A stretch of DNA of 33,180 nucleotides from Octopus bimaculoides (lineage: Eukaryota). The notes under the pieces are model-generated. The model had not been told where the DNA came from. It saw nothing but the letters and a program-made list of their open reading frames with translations, and made no database searches. Each line of letters starts with the position of its first letter. Position 1 is the first letter of the stretch. The stretch spans positions 20,648,348 to 20,681,527 of the forward strand of contig NC_069006.1 in NCBI RefSeq assembly GCF_001194135.2, given 5' to 3'. Shown here piece by piece: positions 11,869 through 26,074 of the stretch. Both the position numbers and the translations under genes were made by a program.

Positions 11869-12248
11869 CAATATGTATGAATTTGGAGACGTGGGTTTGG
11901 TTTTTGATGTGAAAGCTTAACACACATCAAAGAGGTGAACACAGTATATACGTGCGGAGTGATGGCGGATGGAAGTGATGTGCAGGAGAGGATTTATTGA
12001 ATCAAATGTGTCCTATAAACACTTTTTTATCTTCAACACTTTATTTATTTGCTCCTTATCTATCAATCTTTCTCTCCTTCCGTCTATCCATGTATCTATA
12101 CATCTATCTGTCTGTCAGTCAGTTTGCCCGTCTATCTACCTACCTATCTATCTATCTACCTACCTACCAAACTGGCTATTTATTCATCTCTCTCTTGAGT
12201 GTGTGTGTGCGTGTGTGTGTACACGCACACCTATGTATAAACACAGTT

Positions 12249-12296
<48 letters not shown>

Positions 12297-13511
12297 TGAA
12301 TGTGTATATAATATAAACACGAAAACTGTTTATTTCCCTATCTGTCCTTCTGTCTGACTGGTTGTCTGTCCATTTATTTACCAATGTATGTATGTATGTA
12401 TGTATGTCTAGCTATCTCCCCAAGGACATACTTTGCTTTTCACTCCTGACACAATTCTCTATTTCATGTGTGCCCTATCAATCATCCGGGCTGTATTTGT
12501 GCCTGTCTTCCAAAGACTTCTTTTTTATACCAGCAACACGATAAACACACCCTAACACATACACACTTATGTATGTATGTGTGTATACACCGCACCGTTG
12601 CTTGTTCATCAAAATCCTTTCCTTTGCCACTGCCAAAAGGAAGCTCCATACGAGACTTATTAACGTATATTACAGAGACATCTTATGACGATGGATTAAA
12701 CAAAGTTGGATGTGAAAGGGACACAGAAAACTTTCATCCCTAACTTTCAATTTTCTCATTATCCTTCCTCTATTCCTAGTCTGTCCGTGTGTCAGTCTGT
12801 GTGCCCGTCTCTCTCTCTCTCTTCCTTTCTCATGTACACATTTTCATTCTCTTCTGTAAGAGAAGGGTGTCTGCCTGCTCCTCCATCCTTCTATCTATCT
12901 ATCTATCTGTGTGGATGAGCGGATAGACACACAGACAAGAAGACTGATAGACAGAGAGAGACAGACCGGTAAAGGAAGGAAGGAAGGAAGGAAGGTAGGT
13001 AGGTAGGTAGGTAAACGCTTTCTTAAATAAACATATATCTCGTTTTAATGGCTCAGAGGATGCTGTACAAGCACACAACTCTGAATGCACTCCATCAGAG
13101 CGGAAACAGCTGTAAGCTAATGAAGTTCATAACATGATTTCTGTTCCGCTGGTTCCTTGTCATTCATTTATCTATCTATCTATCAATAAACTTATCGATT
13201 TCTTTAGAAAAAGAGAAAGGCACACAAATTAAAGGAAGGTACTTTAATATGACAAATTAAGGATATATTAATGTATCTAGGATAGACTACTTGCTTACAA
13301 GACAAATGCTGTCTGTTACATTCCTGGGAAATTCCTAATGAATTCTGATGACTTCCCTAGGAATGCAATGACAGGACCGCAGTCGCATAGCTGAAACACA
13401 AAAAAAGCTATGTATATATATATAAATACACACACACACATATATATATATAAACACACACACAAATATATATGTAAACACACACACACACATTATGTAA
13501 ACACACACACG

Positions 13512-13631
13512 TCCGGCGCGCTAACGATTCTACCAGCTCACCGCCTTAATAATAATAATAATAACAATAAAAATAAAGACAGCTAAGCTTTTTGTCCGGC
13601 GCGGTAACGATTCTTGCAGCTCGCAGCTTTA
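13512..13631 (-). mobile_element. Two short SINE family B head fragments (13512-13547 and 13595-13631)
   Basis: CCGGCGCGCTAACGATTCTACCAGCTCACCGCC and CCGGCGCGGTAACGATTCTTGCAGCTCGCAGC match the reverse complement of the B head. Confidence 0.65.
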
Positions 13632-15221
13632 AGTCGACATACAATCAAAGACGTTACGACACGAATACCTCGTCTGCTTGTTATGTCAGACACGTCACTG
13701 CCGTGCGAATCGTTTATAAGGTGGTAGGATAAAATTCGAAAGAAACTGGCTGCTATTTCTTCAAGACTGAATAACCCCGAGAAGCTTTCTCTTAGAATTG
13801 AGAATGTTTCGCTATTGTTGCTGAAGCTGGCAATGTTATTGTGGTTATTGTTGCTGTTGTTGTTGTTGTTGCTGTTGGAATGGTGGTACATTTGATTTAC
13901 GGCATTGGTCTAATTTTCGAGCTGTGATATCTTAGAAGGGATGGCTTAAACGAAATGCATCGCCCTTATACATACACACACAAAGTTATATAGCGGCACG
14001 GTGACAGTATGTAATCGAATACACATCCTTGTGTGCGTATGCGTGTGCGTGTGTGCGCGTACACATACACGTGATTGTATGTAAATACGCATATGCACAC
14101 ACACGTTATATACATATATACACACGTACACGCACATACACACATATATATATACATATACACACACGCTCGTTTACACACAGACAACCATATATCTTGG
14201 TAAGTTTACAAAGAAGTGATGGTATGAGGCGGATGGGGGGGATAAGGAGTGGGGGTTATTAATGACAAATGATCAAGGGCCGATAGAAATACGAACTGAT
14301 TCCGTCAATTAGAAGTGAGATGTGAAGAGAAAGAAGGGGGTTGAGTGAGAAGGCAAGTCAGCAGAACGCAGAGAGAAAGGGATAGAGAAAGAAAAGGGGC
14401 GGAACGTGACCAACTAACTTCCCCAAAAAGTAGACAAATCTAAAAAGAATTTTAAAAAAATACCCTTATACTATCGTCGGCTATTCCCTTCCTCCGGAGT
14501 AACTCTTGCCGTTTATAAACCCCCACCATCCTCCTCGAAAAAAGAAACAATACGAAAAGAACAAAAAACAAATAATGAAAGTAATGTAAGTGAAAGGGTA
14601 AGGTTGGAAAATGCCAACCCGCCCCTATAGAAAACAAAAGAAAAAATAATACNNNNNNNNNNGGATAAACAAAAGAAAAAATAATACAATACCTAAAAAT
14701 ATATACTAACAAAATAAACATTGACGACCTCTCCAGATCTTTCGACATTCTCACAGCCAGTTTTTAATCTAACCCATGGTACGATACATCATCCTAGCTA
14801 TCCATTTATCTATCCAACAATTCATCCATCCATACGGTCATTTGTAACATAGTTTCATTGCTACCACTACCCTCCGTCTCACTCACTCTCTCTCTCTCTG
14901 TCGTTCTCGTTATGTTACCTTTTCCCTCCAATAATTGGGGCTCTTAGGCATCATTGTACAAGAATGATGTAGGAAAAGGTGGAGTGTCGGTGCATGCAAA
15001 AGAGTCAAATGTCAGGAGGACGAGAATTGTTTTCAGAACCTTTACCGCGGACGCTAAGCTCAAAACTTAATGAGAGCAAAATTATTACACACACACATAC
15101 ATACACACGCATGTATATGTTTTTGTGTGTGCATATATATATATATATACACCTGTCTTGTTTATGAACTCTTAGGGTTTCTGGTATCGTCTAATTTATG
15201 ACTTCAGATATATATATATAT

Positions 15222-15264
<43 letters not shown>

Positions 15265-15331
15265 NNNNNNNNNNNNNNNNNNNNNNNNNNNNNNNNNNNN
15301 NNNNNNNNNNNNNNNNNNNNNNNNNNNNNNN

Positions 15332-15384
<53 letters not shown>

Positions 15385-16144
15385 GCGTGTGTATGTGTGT
15401 GTAAACGCGCGACCTAGTTACAATCAATCTAGTAATTGAGTGACTTACACACTCGTTTTGGAAACACGAAGTCCGGTGTTCGAACCCACAGGCAAATGTT
15501 TTTCACGAAACATTCTCGAGTCGACTCAAACTTTAGAGTGAAATTTTTGTAATGGAAACTGCTGGAAGTGCTTGGGATAGACAGTTACTGAATACTTAAG
15601 GGCTCCTTCCTGCACCGTTAGAATCTATACATATGGGGGCACATATTAGTATCTAAGGAGCCCATCCCCTCAAGTTTGAGAATTTTTTATTCACTCCTGG
15701 AAGAATGCATTAATTATTTCAGCCTGGCTGTGTTTGTAGACAGTTGAAAAGAATACTTAAAAAAAAAAAATTAAATGATAGCATTGTAGTTACGGGTGGA
15801 CCCCTTGTAGTTGCCGGTGGGACACCTTAGTCTCCTGACGACCAATATCTTTAGATCGAGTCCGCCACTGACACCCTCAGCTCCAAACAATCCAACAAGC
15901 CGGTTCGGTTCATCGGTGCATTATTTCAGGTGTAGGCAATCATTTCTATCTACTGTTTTTTTATTGGTAATTCTTAAAGTATGTAATCGAACGAGCATCT
16001 ATTCATAAACCCACTGCTTCTTATAATTACGAACAATATCGTCAAATAATTATTCAGTAAGCGCCAAACGTCGAGCCTAAAATTATTTTATCAACTGTTA
16101 TGGTAATCGAAAAGGCATACGTGTCTATGTGTGTGTACAAATGT

Positions 16145-16181
<37 letters not shown>

Positions 16182-16226
16182 AATAAAGCATTTATATATA
16201 CATTACAGTATCATTTTATATACATA

Positions 16227-16257
<31 letters not shown>

Positions 16258-16388
16258 GAACGTGCTAACATATGTGCGTGTGTATGTGTGTGTGTGTGTC
16301 TGCTGTGTGTGCGTTTCCCAACGCATGTGATGCATCCTTAAATGTCACTCACGAATTTTAAGCTTTTTTTGTTTTAATCTTGGGTATC

Positions 16389-16453
<65 letters not shown>

Positions 16454-16705
16454 GTGTGTGTGTGTATTACAACCAACCAGAAAGGAAATCAACAAAAATG
16501 ACCAACAATGAAGAAAGGAAAGCAAAGCCCTTCCCCTCCGCTACAAAACCCCCACAAAAAGTATATAAAACCTCAAAAACTGCCAACAAACATGAATATG
16601 TGTATGTTTGTGTATGTATGAGCGTGCGTATGTGTGGGTGAAANNNNNNNNNNNNNNNNNNNNNNNNNNNNNNNNNNNNNNNNNNNNNNNNNNNNNNNNN
16701 NNNNN

Positions 16706-16761
<56 letters not shown>

Positions 16762-16822
16762 TATTTGGTGTAATATAATGATCACCAACATATGCACAAA
16801 AGAAAACAGCAAATTTCAGATG

Positions 16823-17020
16823 GAAGGGGCTATGTTAATTATCTCCAACCCCGGTACTTGACTGTTATTTATTTTATCGACCCCTAGATAGGGGGATGAA
16901 AGACAAAATTGACCCCGGCGTGGTTTGAACTTAAAGCGAAAAAAAGCGACATGAAACTAAATATCAGAACGTAATTTTGTACATTCCGGGCGCTTTAGCG
17001 CTTATGCTAATCCATCACCC
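16823..17020 (-). mobile_element. Highly diverged SINE family B
   Basis: ATTTTATCGACCCC...GGATGAAAGACAAAATTGACCCCGGCGTGGTTTGAACT. Confidence 0.65.
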
Positions 17021-17282
17021 CTTATCTGTTGTAATATATATATAATGTTTGCTAACATTAGCCCGAGGCCACAATGTTATGGGCGAGGAAGAAGAGGAGG
17101 AGGAGGAGGAGGTTATGGTGGCGAAGTCACTCTGCTCTCCTTACAAGACTAGCTATTCGGAACTATACGTGCTGTTTCTGTCATCGTATGTATACTTGTA
17201 TAAACACACACATTTACACACAGGCATGAGTATACGTATATATCATATGTAGACATCTCTCTCTCTATATGTATATTATAGA

Positions 17283-17430
17283 CGAAATGATTAGCGGTAT
17301 TTCGTCTGTCTGTCACTACGTTCCAAGTTCAAATTCAGTCGAGGTCGACTTTGTCTTTCATCCATTCGGAGTCGATTAAATAAGTACCAGTTATGCACTG
17401 GAGTCGATATAATCGACTTAATCCCTTTGT
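17283..17430 (+). mobile_element. SINE family B internal fragment
   Basis: AGTTCAAATTCAGTCGAGGTCGACTTTGTCTTTCATCCATTCGGAGTCGATTAAATAAGTACCAG. Confidence 0.85.
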
Positions 17431-18282
17431 CTCCGAAGCAGTACTGAGAGTGTATACTCTAGAATAGGCGAAGCCTGGAGAGAGGGTGGAATAAGAACAA
17501 GCAAAAATATTGTCCATTGGTGATGAGTGAACAAAGAGAAACCACCATCTTATAAAGATTATTCTCACAACAAGCCTGATCTATAATAATTATCGATAGA
17601 AAAAAATATGAAAATGATATTATTTTAAAAGATTCTTAGTAATAAAAAGATCTAACACACCACAAAGATATCACTAGGTAAATATATTTATATGTATATA
17701 AAACACCTAACAATATACAAATAGTGTTACAATGAAGAGTTTAGCTGAGTCAATGATGTATAAAACAAAAATTGATAGACATCATGAATCGCGAAGTTTT
17801 GTTTTTTACAGATTTATTTATATATTAATTTATTTTTATTTGTTAGTCTCGGAAGGAGAAGCAGTGTCGATGTCTTTCGCATCCCTTCTAGACTGGTGAA
17901 AGATTAATGCTTGCGAACGTTCCTTTTAAACTGTGGCATATTGGCGAGTGGGGGAAAGAACATGGATAGGGAAAGAATGCAAGAGGGGCGATGTTGAAGG
18001 AAGCAAGATGTAACTGGTCGTAACGGTCGAGCCTTGATGGGCTTGGACATAAAATGGGCGAAAAGTTGAGTAAGTGAATTGCTGAGTACATCAGTGGATG
18101 TGGTCTGTATCAGACCAGATTCGAAGGAGAGAAGTAATTACTGTAATGGTAGAAGGAAAAAAAGTAAAGAGAAAAGACAGTATGTCTGTTTGTGCCAGGA
18201 TGTCTGTTTGGCTCCAGATATACAAAGTTCGTTTCCCGAAAGCACTTGCTCCACTTGCTCTTACGATGCCCATGTGAAAACG

Positions 18283-18335
18283 GTGCCCCAGTATGGCCGC
18301 GGCCAAATAACCGCAACAACAAAAAAATATATATA
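18283..18335 (+). mobile_element. SINE family A tail fragment
   Basis: GGTGCCCCAGTATGGCCGCGGCCAAATAACCG. Confidence 0.5.
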
Positions 18336-18360
18336 TATGAAATAAACGAATAACAGTTTT

Positions 18361-18521
18361 TTTTCTAACCTAAGCACAAGGCTCTAAATTTTAGGGGAGG
18401 GGGCCAGTCGATTAGATCGACCTCAGTACGCAACTGGTACTTAATTTATCGATCCCGAAAGGATGAAAGGCAAAGTCGACCTCGGTGGAACTTGAATTCG
18501 GAACGTAATGACAGACGAAAA
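18361..18521 (-). mobile_element. SINE family B, 5'-truncated (tail type 2)
   Basis: GGCCAGTCGATTAGATCGACC...GGATGAAAGGCAAAGTCGACCTCGG; same tail as 31853-32070. Confidence 0.88.
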
Positions 18522-18927
18522 CGAATAGCAGTTTAAAAAAGAGGTTCTAAACTTCCTGACGATCTCCTTTGTATACGTTCCTAGCCAGGCCTCTTGCCTT
18601 ATCGAAAGTGGAGATTTATTTCTCACTCGCTTATAACCATGAAATTGGCTTCAAGCAGCCGTTTCATAGAAGCAGTTCTTTAAGGGCTTTTGGTATTCAT
18701 TTGATCTAAGAGCTAGCAGAGTTGAGTAACAGAAAAACAATCCTGTCTAACCGAGACATCGCAACACGATTTTCAATTCTTCCCAGCTGTAACCAATTAC
18801 TTTTCTATTGTTGTCGCCAATTTGGTTCAGAGACTTATGCTCTAATTTTCTTTCTTTATTTTTTATTTATTATTTTTTTTTTAAGTCTGTGGTATTATCA
18901 GTATGTACTTTTTGCATGTGTGTGTGT

Positions 18928-19359
18928 GTGGATACGTGGTAAGAAGCTTGCTTCCCAGCCACATGGTTTACGGGTTCAGTCTCACTGCGTGGCACCTTGG
19001 GTAAAGAGTCTTCTACAATAGTCCCGGGCCGACGAAAGCCTTGAGAGCGGATTTTGTAGACAGAAACCGAAAGAAACCTGTCGTGTATGTATGTATGTAC
19101 ATGTGTATATACCTATATGTGTGTGTGTGTGTGTCTTTGTATATGTTTGTCCCCATCCACCGCCACCATGACCGCTTGAAAACCGGTGTTTGGTGTGTTT
19201 AGGTTCTCGTAACTTAGCGGTTCAGCAATAGAGTACGATAGAATAAGTACTAGGCTTAAAAAATAAGTCCTGCGGNNNNNNNNNNCAATATTTTCGACTA
19301 AAATCCTTCAAGGCGGTGCTCCAGCATGGCCGAAGTCAAATGACAAACGAGTAAAAGAC
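18928..19359 (+). mobile_element. SINE family A, near full length, diverged
   Basis: Head GTGGTAAGAAGCTTGCTT...GGGTTCAGTCTCAC and tail GGCGGTGCTCCAGCATGGCCGAAGTC. Confidence 0.88.
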
Positions 19360-19384
19360 ATATCTATAATATAAATTGAAGTTG

Positions 19385-19444
19385 GTGGGACTGAACCCGG
19401 AACCATGTGATTGGTAAGCAAGCTACTTACCACACAGCCACTCC
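19385..19444 (-). mobile_element. SINE family A tRNA-like head only
   Basis: The reverse complement reads GGAGTGGCTGTGTGGTAAGTAGCTTGCTTACCAATCACATGGTTCCGGGTTCAGTCCCAC. Confidence 0.85.
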
Positions 19445-21444
19445 TTTCCAATGTTATTTGAATAAACATATAAAATATTTTTATCAGATAATTTTTCTTG
19501 AATATCTTTAGCTTTATTTTTCCTCTGCATTTTTTTTCTATAGCTCTGTGAATGAATTTAACCTCTTTTTAGACATATGACGAAAAATAAGGATTAAATG
19601 GCGGGGCGGAGAGAGAAGAAACGAACGAATTTACTTGACGACCAAACATTTCAGATTATTGAGCGTGTGTGTGTGTGGGGTGGGGGTGGGGGTGGAATAA
19701 GATGCCAATAAGATGTTGTGGCATTTATTCCTTTAGCGAAGGCATCTTCATTAGCAGCGCAACCCAGCACAGAATAAGTGAAATAGTTGCATCTGGGAAT
19801 CGAAACCACGTTTCTGTATTCGGCCCGTGGGGAAGGTCGGTCTCCCTCTACATCTGGTTATACCGCGCCCGGCACGCCACATGTGTAAAATATTAAAAAA
19901 GATATACGTTGGACAATCAGGAAGTCACACTGGCTCCAACACACACACACACAAAATAAACACACACACATACACATTACTCTTCTCACAATATCGCTTC
20001 TTTTTATCTATTATGAATACCTTCCAGATATTTTCTTTAAAACATCACAAAACACAGTAACCGTGTTTTTATTTTCNNNNNNNNNNNNNNNNNNNNNNNN
20101 NNNNNNNNNNNNNNNNNNNNNNNNNNNNNNNNNNNNNNNNNNNNNNNNNNNNNNNNNNNNNNNNNNNNNNNNNNNNNNNNNNNNNNNNNNNNNNNNNNNN
20201 NNNNNNNNNNNNNNNNNNNNNNNNNNNNNNNNNNNNNNNNNNNNNNNNNNNNNNNNNNNNNNNNNNNNNNNNNNNNNNNNNNNNNNNNNNNNNNNNNNNN
20301 NNNNNNNNNNNNNNNNNNNNNNNNNNNNNNNNNNNNNNNNNNNNNNNNNNNNNNNNNNNNNNNNNNNNNNNNNNNNNNNNNNNNNNNNNNNNNNNNNNNN
20401 NNNNNNNNNNNNNNNNNNNNNNNNNNNNNNNNNNNNNNNNNNNNNNNNNNNNNNNNNNNNNNNNNNNNNNNNNNNNNNNNNNNNNNNNNNNNNNNNNNNN
20501 NNNNNNNNNNNNNNNNNNNNNNNNNNNNNNNNNNNNNNNNNNNNNNNNNNNNNNNNNNNNNNNNNNNNNNNNNNNNNNNNNNNNNNNNNNNNNNNNNNNN
20601 NNNNNNNNNNNNNNNNNNNNNNNNNNNNNNNNNNNNNNNNNNNNNNNNNNNNNNNNNNNNNNNNNNNNNNNNNNNNNNNNNNNNNNNNNNNNNNNNNNNN
20701 NNNNNNNNNNNNNNNNNNNNNNNNNNNNNNNNNNNNNNNNNNNNNNNNNNNNNNNNNNNNNNNNNNNNNNNNNNNNNNNNNNNNNNNNNNNNNNNNNNNN
20801 NNNNNNNNNNNNNNNNNNNNNNNNNNNNNNNNNNNNNNNNNNNNNNNNNNNNNNNNNNNNNNNNNNNNNNNNNNNNNNNNNNNNNNNNNNNNNNNNNNNN
20901 NNNNNNNNNNNNNNNNNNNNNNNNNNNNNNNNNNNNNNNNNNNNNNNNNNNNNNNNNNNNNNNNNNNNNNNNNNNNNNATATTTAAAGAAGATATAGCAT
21001 CTCTTTCTAGCAATCAGAACGACCGAATGAAAGCTCCATCATTAAGCTTAGAAGCTTGTTTAATGGCGAGGTTTGGTTTGGTTTGGTTTGGTGGTAGTGA
21101 TGGCGGTTATTGGCGGCGTTTAAAATAAACACCAATAAGACACTTGTAAAGATCAATTCAATTCACTATAAATAACCTGAGGCACTTGTCAAAATATCGA
21201 TCTGCCAGTCTATGTTGTCCAAGACAAACTCTGATTGTTCATTGGTCGGTTGGTGATTACTGATTGGTGTAGACGTAATATAACCGTATCATTATTTTCT
21301 TCTCTTGAATTCTTTGTTTTGGTTTCCTTTTGAGTTGCTTTTTCAATGGTTTCTCTTTCATATTCATTTCTCATAAAAATACCAAAATGTTACGTACGTA
21401 TATAACTTTATGATTGTATGTACGAGTCTGTATATATTTTGATA

Positions 21445-21523
21445 TAGATAGATAGATAGACAGATAGATACATAAATCGACAGACAGATAGACAGCTGGA
21501 GAGATGGAGAGAGAGAGAGAGAG

Positions 21524-21598
<75 letters not shown>

Positions 21599-21760
21599 GA
21601 GATAGAAAGCTAGATAGCTAGAGAGATAGAGAGATAGATAGATAGAGATAAATAGACAGAGATAGACAGAGATAGAAAGACAGACAGATAGATATAGACA
21701 GACTGACAGACAGACACACACACATATATATAGACAGATAGATAGATAGTTAGAGAGAGA
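21445..21760. repeat. Compound (GATA)n/(GA)n/(GACA)n microsatellite
   Basis: Directly visible. Confidence 0.92.
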
Positions 21761-22412
21761 GGGGGAGGGGGAGAGACAGGGTGGGGGGAAGAGAGTTTCC
21801 AATCAACCACGGACATACAATGAAAGTTATTGGCAATGTAGGACAGACCAAGGTAGGTCAGACAAGCAGAATCTCGAGCCATGAAGCTTTTCTGACCGCA
21901 CATACGCAAATATGCGAGAGCGCAAACGTACACACACACATACACACAAACACACACACACACACACAGACACACAAACACACACACACTACATTCGTTT
22001 GCAATCACAATCACACATTCAAACACAAACAGGAACATTTGCACAGATATCCTCACTACCAGATATACATACCCGAATACATGTATATATAAATATATAT
22101 ATATATACACACACACACATACACGTAGACACACGTACATATATGCACATGCCCACATAAAAAGCAAACATACACAAACATACCACGAAGAAAAATCAAA
22201 AAGTAAAATCGTCCATATGCAGAGCCGTTCGCAAGAAAAGCCTTTCTGGAGCTCATCTTTCATTCCTAAAGGGGCTTCCCGTCGTACGCAAACTTATACG
22301 AAAAGATGTGTACATATACATTAACATATATATCATATCTAACTATAACGTATCTATACGAGTACTTGCGTATATACATCAGTCTATCTATCCCCGTATA
22401 TAAACATATGAA

Positions 22413-22451
<39 letters not shown>

Positions 22452-22989
22452 NNNNNNNNNNNNNNNNNNNNNNNNNNNNNNNNNNNNNNNNNNNNNNNNN
22501 NNNNNNNNNNNNNNNNNNNNNNNNNNNNNNNNNNNNNNNNNNNNNNNNNNNNNNNNNNNNNNNNNNNNNNNNNNNNNNNNNNNNNNNNNNNNNNNNNNNN
22601 NNNNNNNNNNNNNNNNNNNNNNNNNNNNNNNNNNNNNNNNNNNNNNNNNNNNNNNNNNNNNNNNNNNNNNNNNNNNNNNNNNNNNNNNNNNNNNNNNNNN
22701 NNNNNNNNNNNNNNNNNNNNNNNNNNNNNNNNNNNNNNNNNNNNNNNNNNNNNNNNNNNNNNNNNNNNNNNNNNNNNNNNNNNNNNNNNNNNNNNNNNNN
22801 NNNNNNNNNNNNNNNNNNNNNNNNNNNNNNNNNNNNNNNNNNNNNNNNNNNNNNNNNNNNNNNNNNNNNATATTCATATATGTACATAAAATCATATATA
22901 TACATATATACATATATATATACATACTTATATTCATATATGTACATATATTCATATATATACATACATATATATATATATACATACTT

Positions 22990-23775
22990 ATATTCATATA
23001 TGTACATATATTCATATATATGCATACATATATATATATATAAACATACATATATAGATATATATATACATACATATGTACGTACATATATACATATATA
23101 CATACATATATATATATATACATACATACATATGTACGTACATATATACATATATACATACATATATATATATATACATACATATATATGCATACACACA
23201 GCTACATACACATACACCACACAGAGACCGACATCCTCTTCCAACATGCACCCCACACTCGCAACCAGACTCAGACTCATCCGCCGTTTCTCCCAACTCC
23301 CTTTTCTCACCCCACAAAACATGCACACCCCCCGCCGCCTTCACCATCGCGCCACCGCATCACACCACACTTTTACAGAAAGATTATTTTAACGAACTTT
23401 GCAGATTGTTTTCTAATCGTTTCCTCCTTACTCTTAAGGAGCCATAAGAGATGAAACAGAAAGGGGGGAGGGGTGATGGGATGAGGACGAGGGGGGGAGT
23501 GTGAGAAAGACTGAGAGGGAATTAGAGAGAGCGAAAGAGAGAAAGAGAGAGGAGAGAGAAAAGTGAAAGAGAGAGGGAGTAAGAGTAAGAAAAGAAAGAG
23601 AGAGAGAGAGAGAGAAAGAACAGAGAAAGGGGAGGGAAAGAAAAGAGAGACTGAGAGAAAGCCCTATACATACATATATACACAAATATAGACAATTATA
23701 TATGCATGTGCATATATATACATGTATACATGTACGTGTATATATGTATATGTACGTGTATATATGTATATGTAC

Positions 23776-23817
<42 letters not shown>

Positions 23818-24037
23818 GTACGTGTGTATATATATGTACGTGTATATATATATATGTACGTGTATATATGTATATGTACGTGTATATATGTATATGTACG
23901 TGTATATATGTATATGTACGTATATATATGTATATGTACATATATGTCGGTCTCTGTGTGGTGTATGTGTATGTAGCTGTGTGTATGCACATACATACAT
24001 GTACATATGCATGTATGCATATGTATATATATGTATG

Positions 24038-24068
<31 letters not shown>

Positions 24069-24155
24069 ATATGTACGTACATATGTATGCATATATGTAT
24101 ATATATGTATGTTTATATATATATATATATGTATATATATGAATATATGTACATA
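22990..24155. repeat. Inverted duplication with arms at about 22990-23234 and 23944-24155 around a 709-bp spacer
   Basis: The 45-bp core GCATACACACAGCTACATACACATACACCACACAGAGACCGACAT (23190-23234) is the exact reverse complement of 23944-23988. The adjoining TA-rich minisatellite also mirrors. Confidence 0.85.
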
Positions 24156-24953
24156 NNNNNNNNNNNNNNNNNNNNNNNNNNNNNNNNNNNNNNNNNNNNN
24201 NNNNNNNNNNNNNNNNNNNNNNNNNNNNNNNNNNNNNNNNNNNNNNNNNNNNNNNNNNNNNNNNNNNNNNNNNNNNNNNNNNNNNNNNNNNNNNNNNNNN
24301 NNNNNNNNNNNNNNNNNNNNNNNNNNNNNNNNNNNNNNNNNNNNNNNNNNNNNNNNNNNNNNNNNNNNNNNNNNNNNNNNNNNNNNNNNNNNNNNNNNNN
24401 NNNNNNNNNNNNNNNNNNNNNNNNNNNNNNNNNNNNNNNNNNNNNNNNNNNNNNNNNNNNNNNNNNNNNNNNNNNNNNNNNNNNNNNNNNNNNNNNNNNN
24501 NNNNNNNNNNNNNNNNNNNNNNNNNNNNNNNNNNNNNNNNNNNNNNNNNNNNNNNNNNNNNNNNNNNNNNNNNNNNNNNNNNNNNNNNNNNNNNNNNNNN
24601 NNNNNNNNNNNNNNNNNNNNNNNNNNNNNNNNNNNNNNNNNNNNNNNNNNNNNNNNNNNNNNNNNNNNNNNNNNNNNNNNNNNNNNNNNNNNNNNNNNNN
24701 NNNNNNNNNNNNNNNNNNNNNNNNNNNNNNNNNNNNNNNNNNNNNNNNNNNNNNNNNNNNNNNNNNNNNNNNNNNNNNNNNNNNNNNNNNNNNNNNNNNN
24801 NNNNNNNNNNNNNNNNNNNNNNNNNNNNNNNNNNNNNNNNNNNNNNNNNNNNNNNNNNNNNNNNNNNNNNNNNNNNNNNNNNNNNNNNNNNNNNNNNNNN
24901 NNNNNNNNNNNNNNNNNNNNNNNNNNNNNNNNNNNNNNNNNNNNNNNNNNNNN

Positions 24954-24986
<33 letters not shown>

Positions 24987-25646
24987 TACACACACACATA
25001 CATGTATGTATACAAGCATAAATATACACAGAAGACAGAGAGGGAGAACCATAACAGCAAATATAAATACACACACACACATGTATATATGCATGGAGGG
25101 TCATATACACACATACACGTAAATATATACAAAAGAGAGAGAGAGAGAGAGGGAAAAGAGAGAGAGACATACATATATGCACATGCATGCACGTATGTAT
25201 TTGATGAAGAAAATAACGGAGAGAGAGGGGGGGGGAGAGAGATAGAAAAAATATAAAATAGAAAAGACAATGAAGAAGATGAAGCAAAGACTGAAGGAGG
25301 GTGTAGAAGGAGATTTGTTTAGTCATCTTTCACGAATAGAGAAGAGCGATGGTGGGAGCGGCACAATTTAGTTAACACACACACACACACACACATGTAT
25401 ACAGACACACAAACAAAACTTCAGACCCACCCCTCTGCCAACCCGGCTTCCTTTCGTTTCACATAAGCTTCTCTCTTTATGTTTTATGAGAGCAAAAGAT
25501 GATAGGGTTGTGGTGGCTACAAAACGCATCACTTGATGGTGTGGCAGTCACACCGACGCACGTGCGCGTGAGTATGTGTTTGCATGTATATATATACCTA
25601 TAATATAGATATGTATATACGTATGTATATAGATTCTATATACATA

Positions 25647-25686
<40 letters not shown>

Positions 25687-25928
25687 TATATATATATACA
25701 TACATAATACACATATATATAAGTATGAATATATATATATATATATATATCTGTACGTGTGTGTGTATGTTTATACATATATATATCTGTATATGTCTGT
25801 ACAGATATACATATATCTATGTATGTGTATGTGTGTGTTTGTGAGTGTATATATGTGCATGTGTGTACAAATGTGTGTCTAAGCTTATATATATATGTGT
25901 GTGTGTGTGTGCATATATATATATATAT

Positions 25929-25970
<42 letters not shown>

Positions 25971-26074
25971 ATATATGTGTGCGCGCGCGCATATATATAA
26001 TATTGTGTGTGTGTGTGCGTGTGTGCATATATATGTATATATATGTATATATATGCATATAACTGCACCAACAT

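Noticed and set aside
15455-15500. Isolated B-box GTTCGAACCC
   Set aside because: There is no convincing A-box or tRNA fold; it may be a decayed repeat.
15601-15663. 9-bp inverted repeat GGGCTCCTT...AAGGAGCCC
   Set aside because: It is too short, has no TSD and no second copy, and is expected by chance.
21160-21280. TATAAA plus several ATTGG boxes suggesting a promoter
   Set aside because: Such short motifs are frequent in AT-rich DNA, and no downstream gene is supported.
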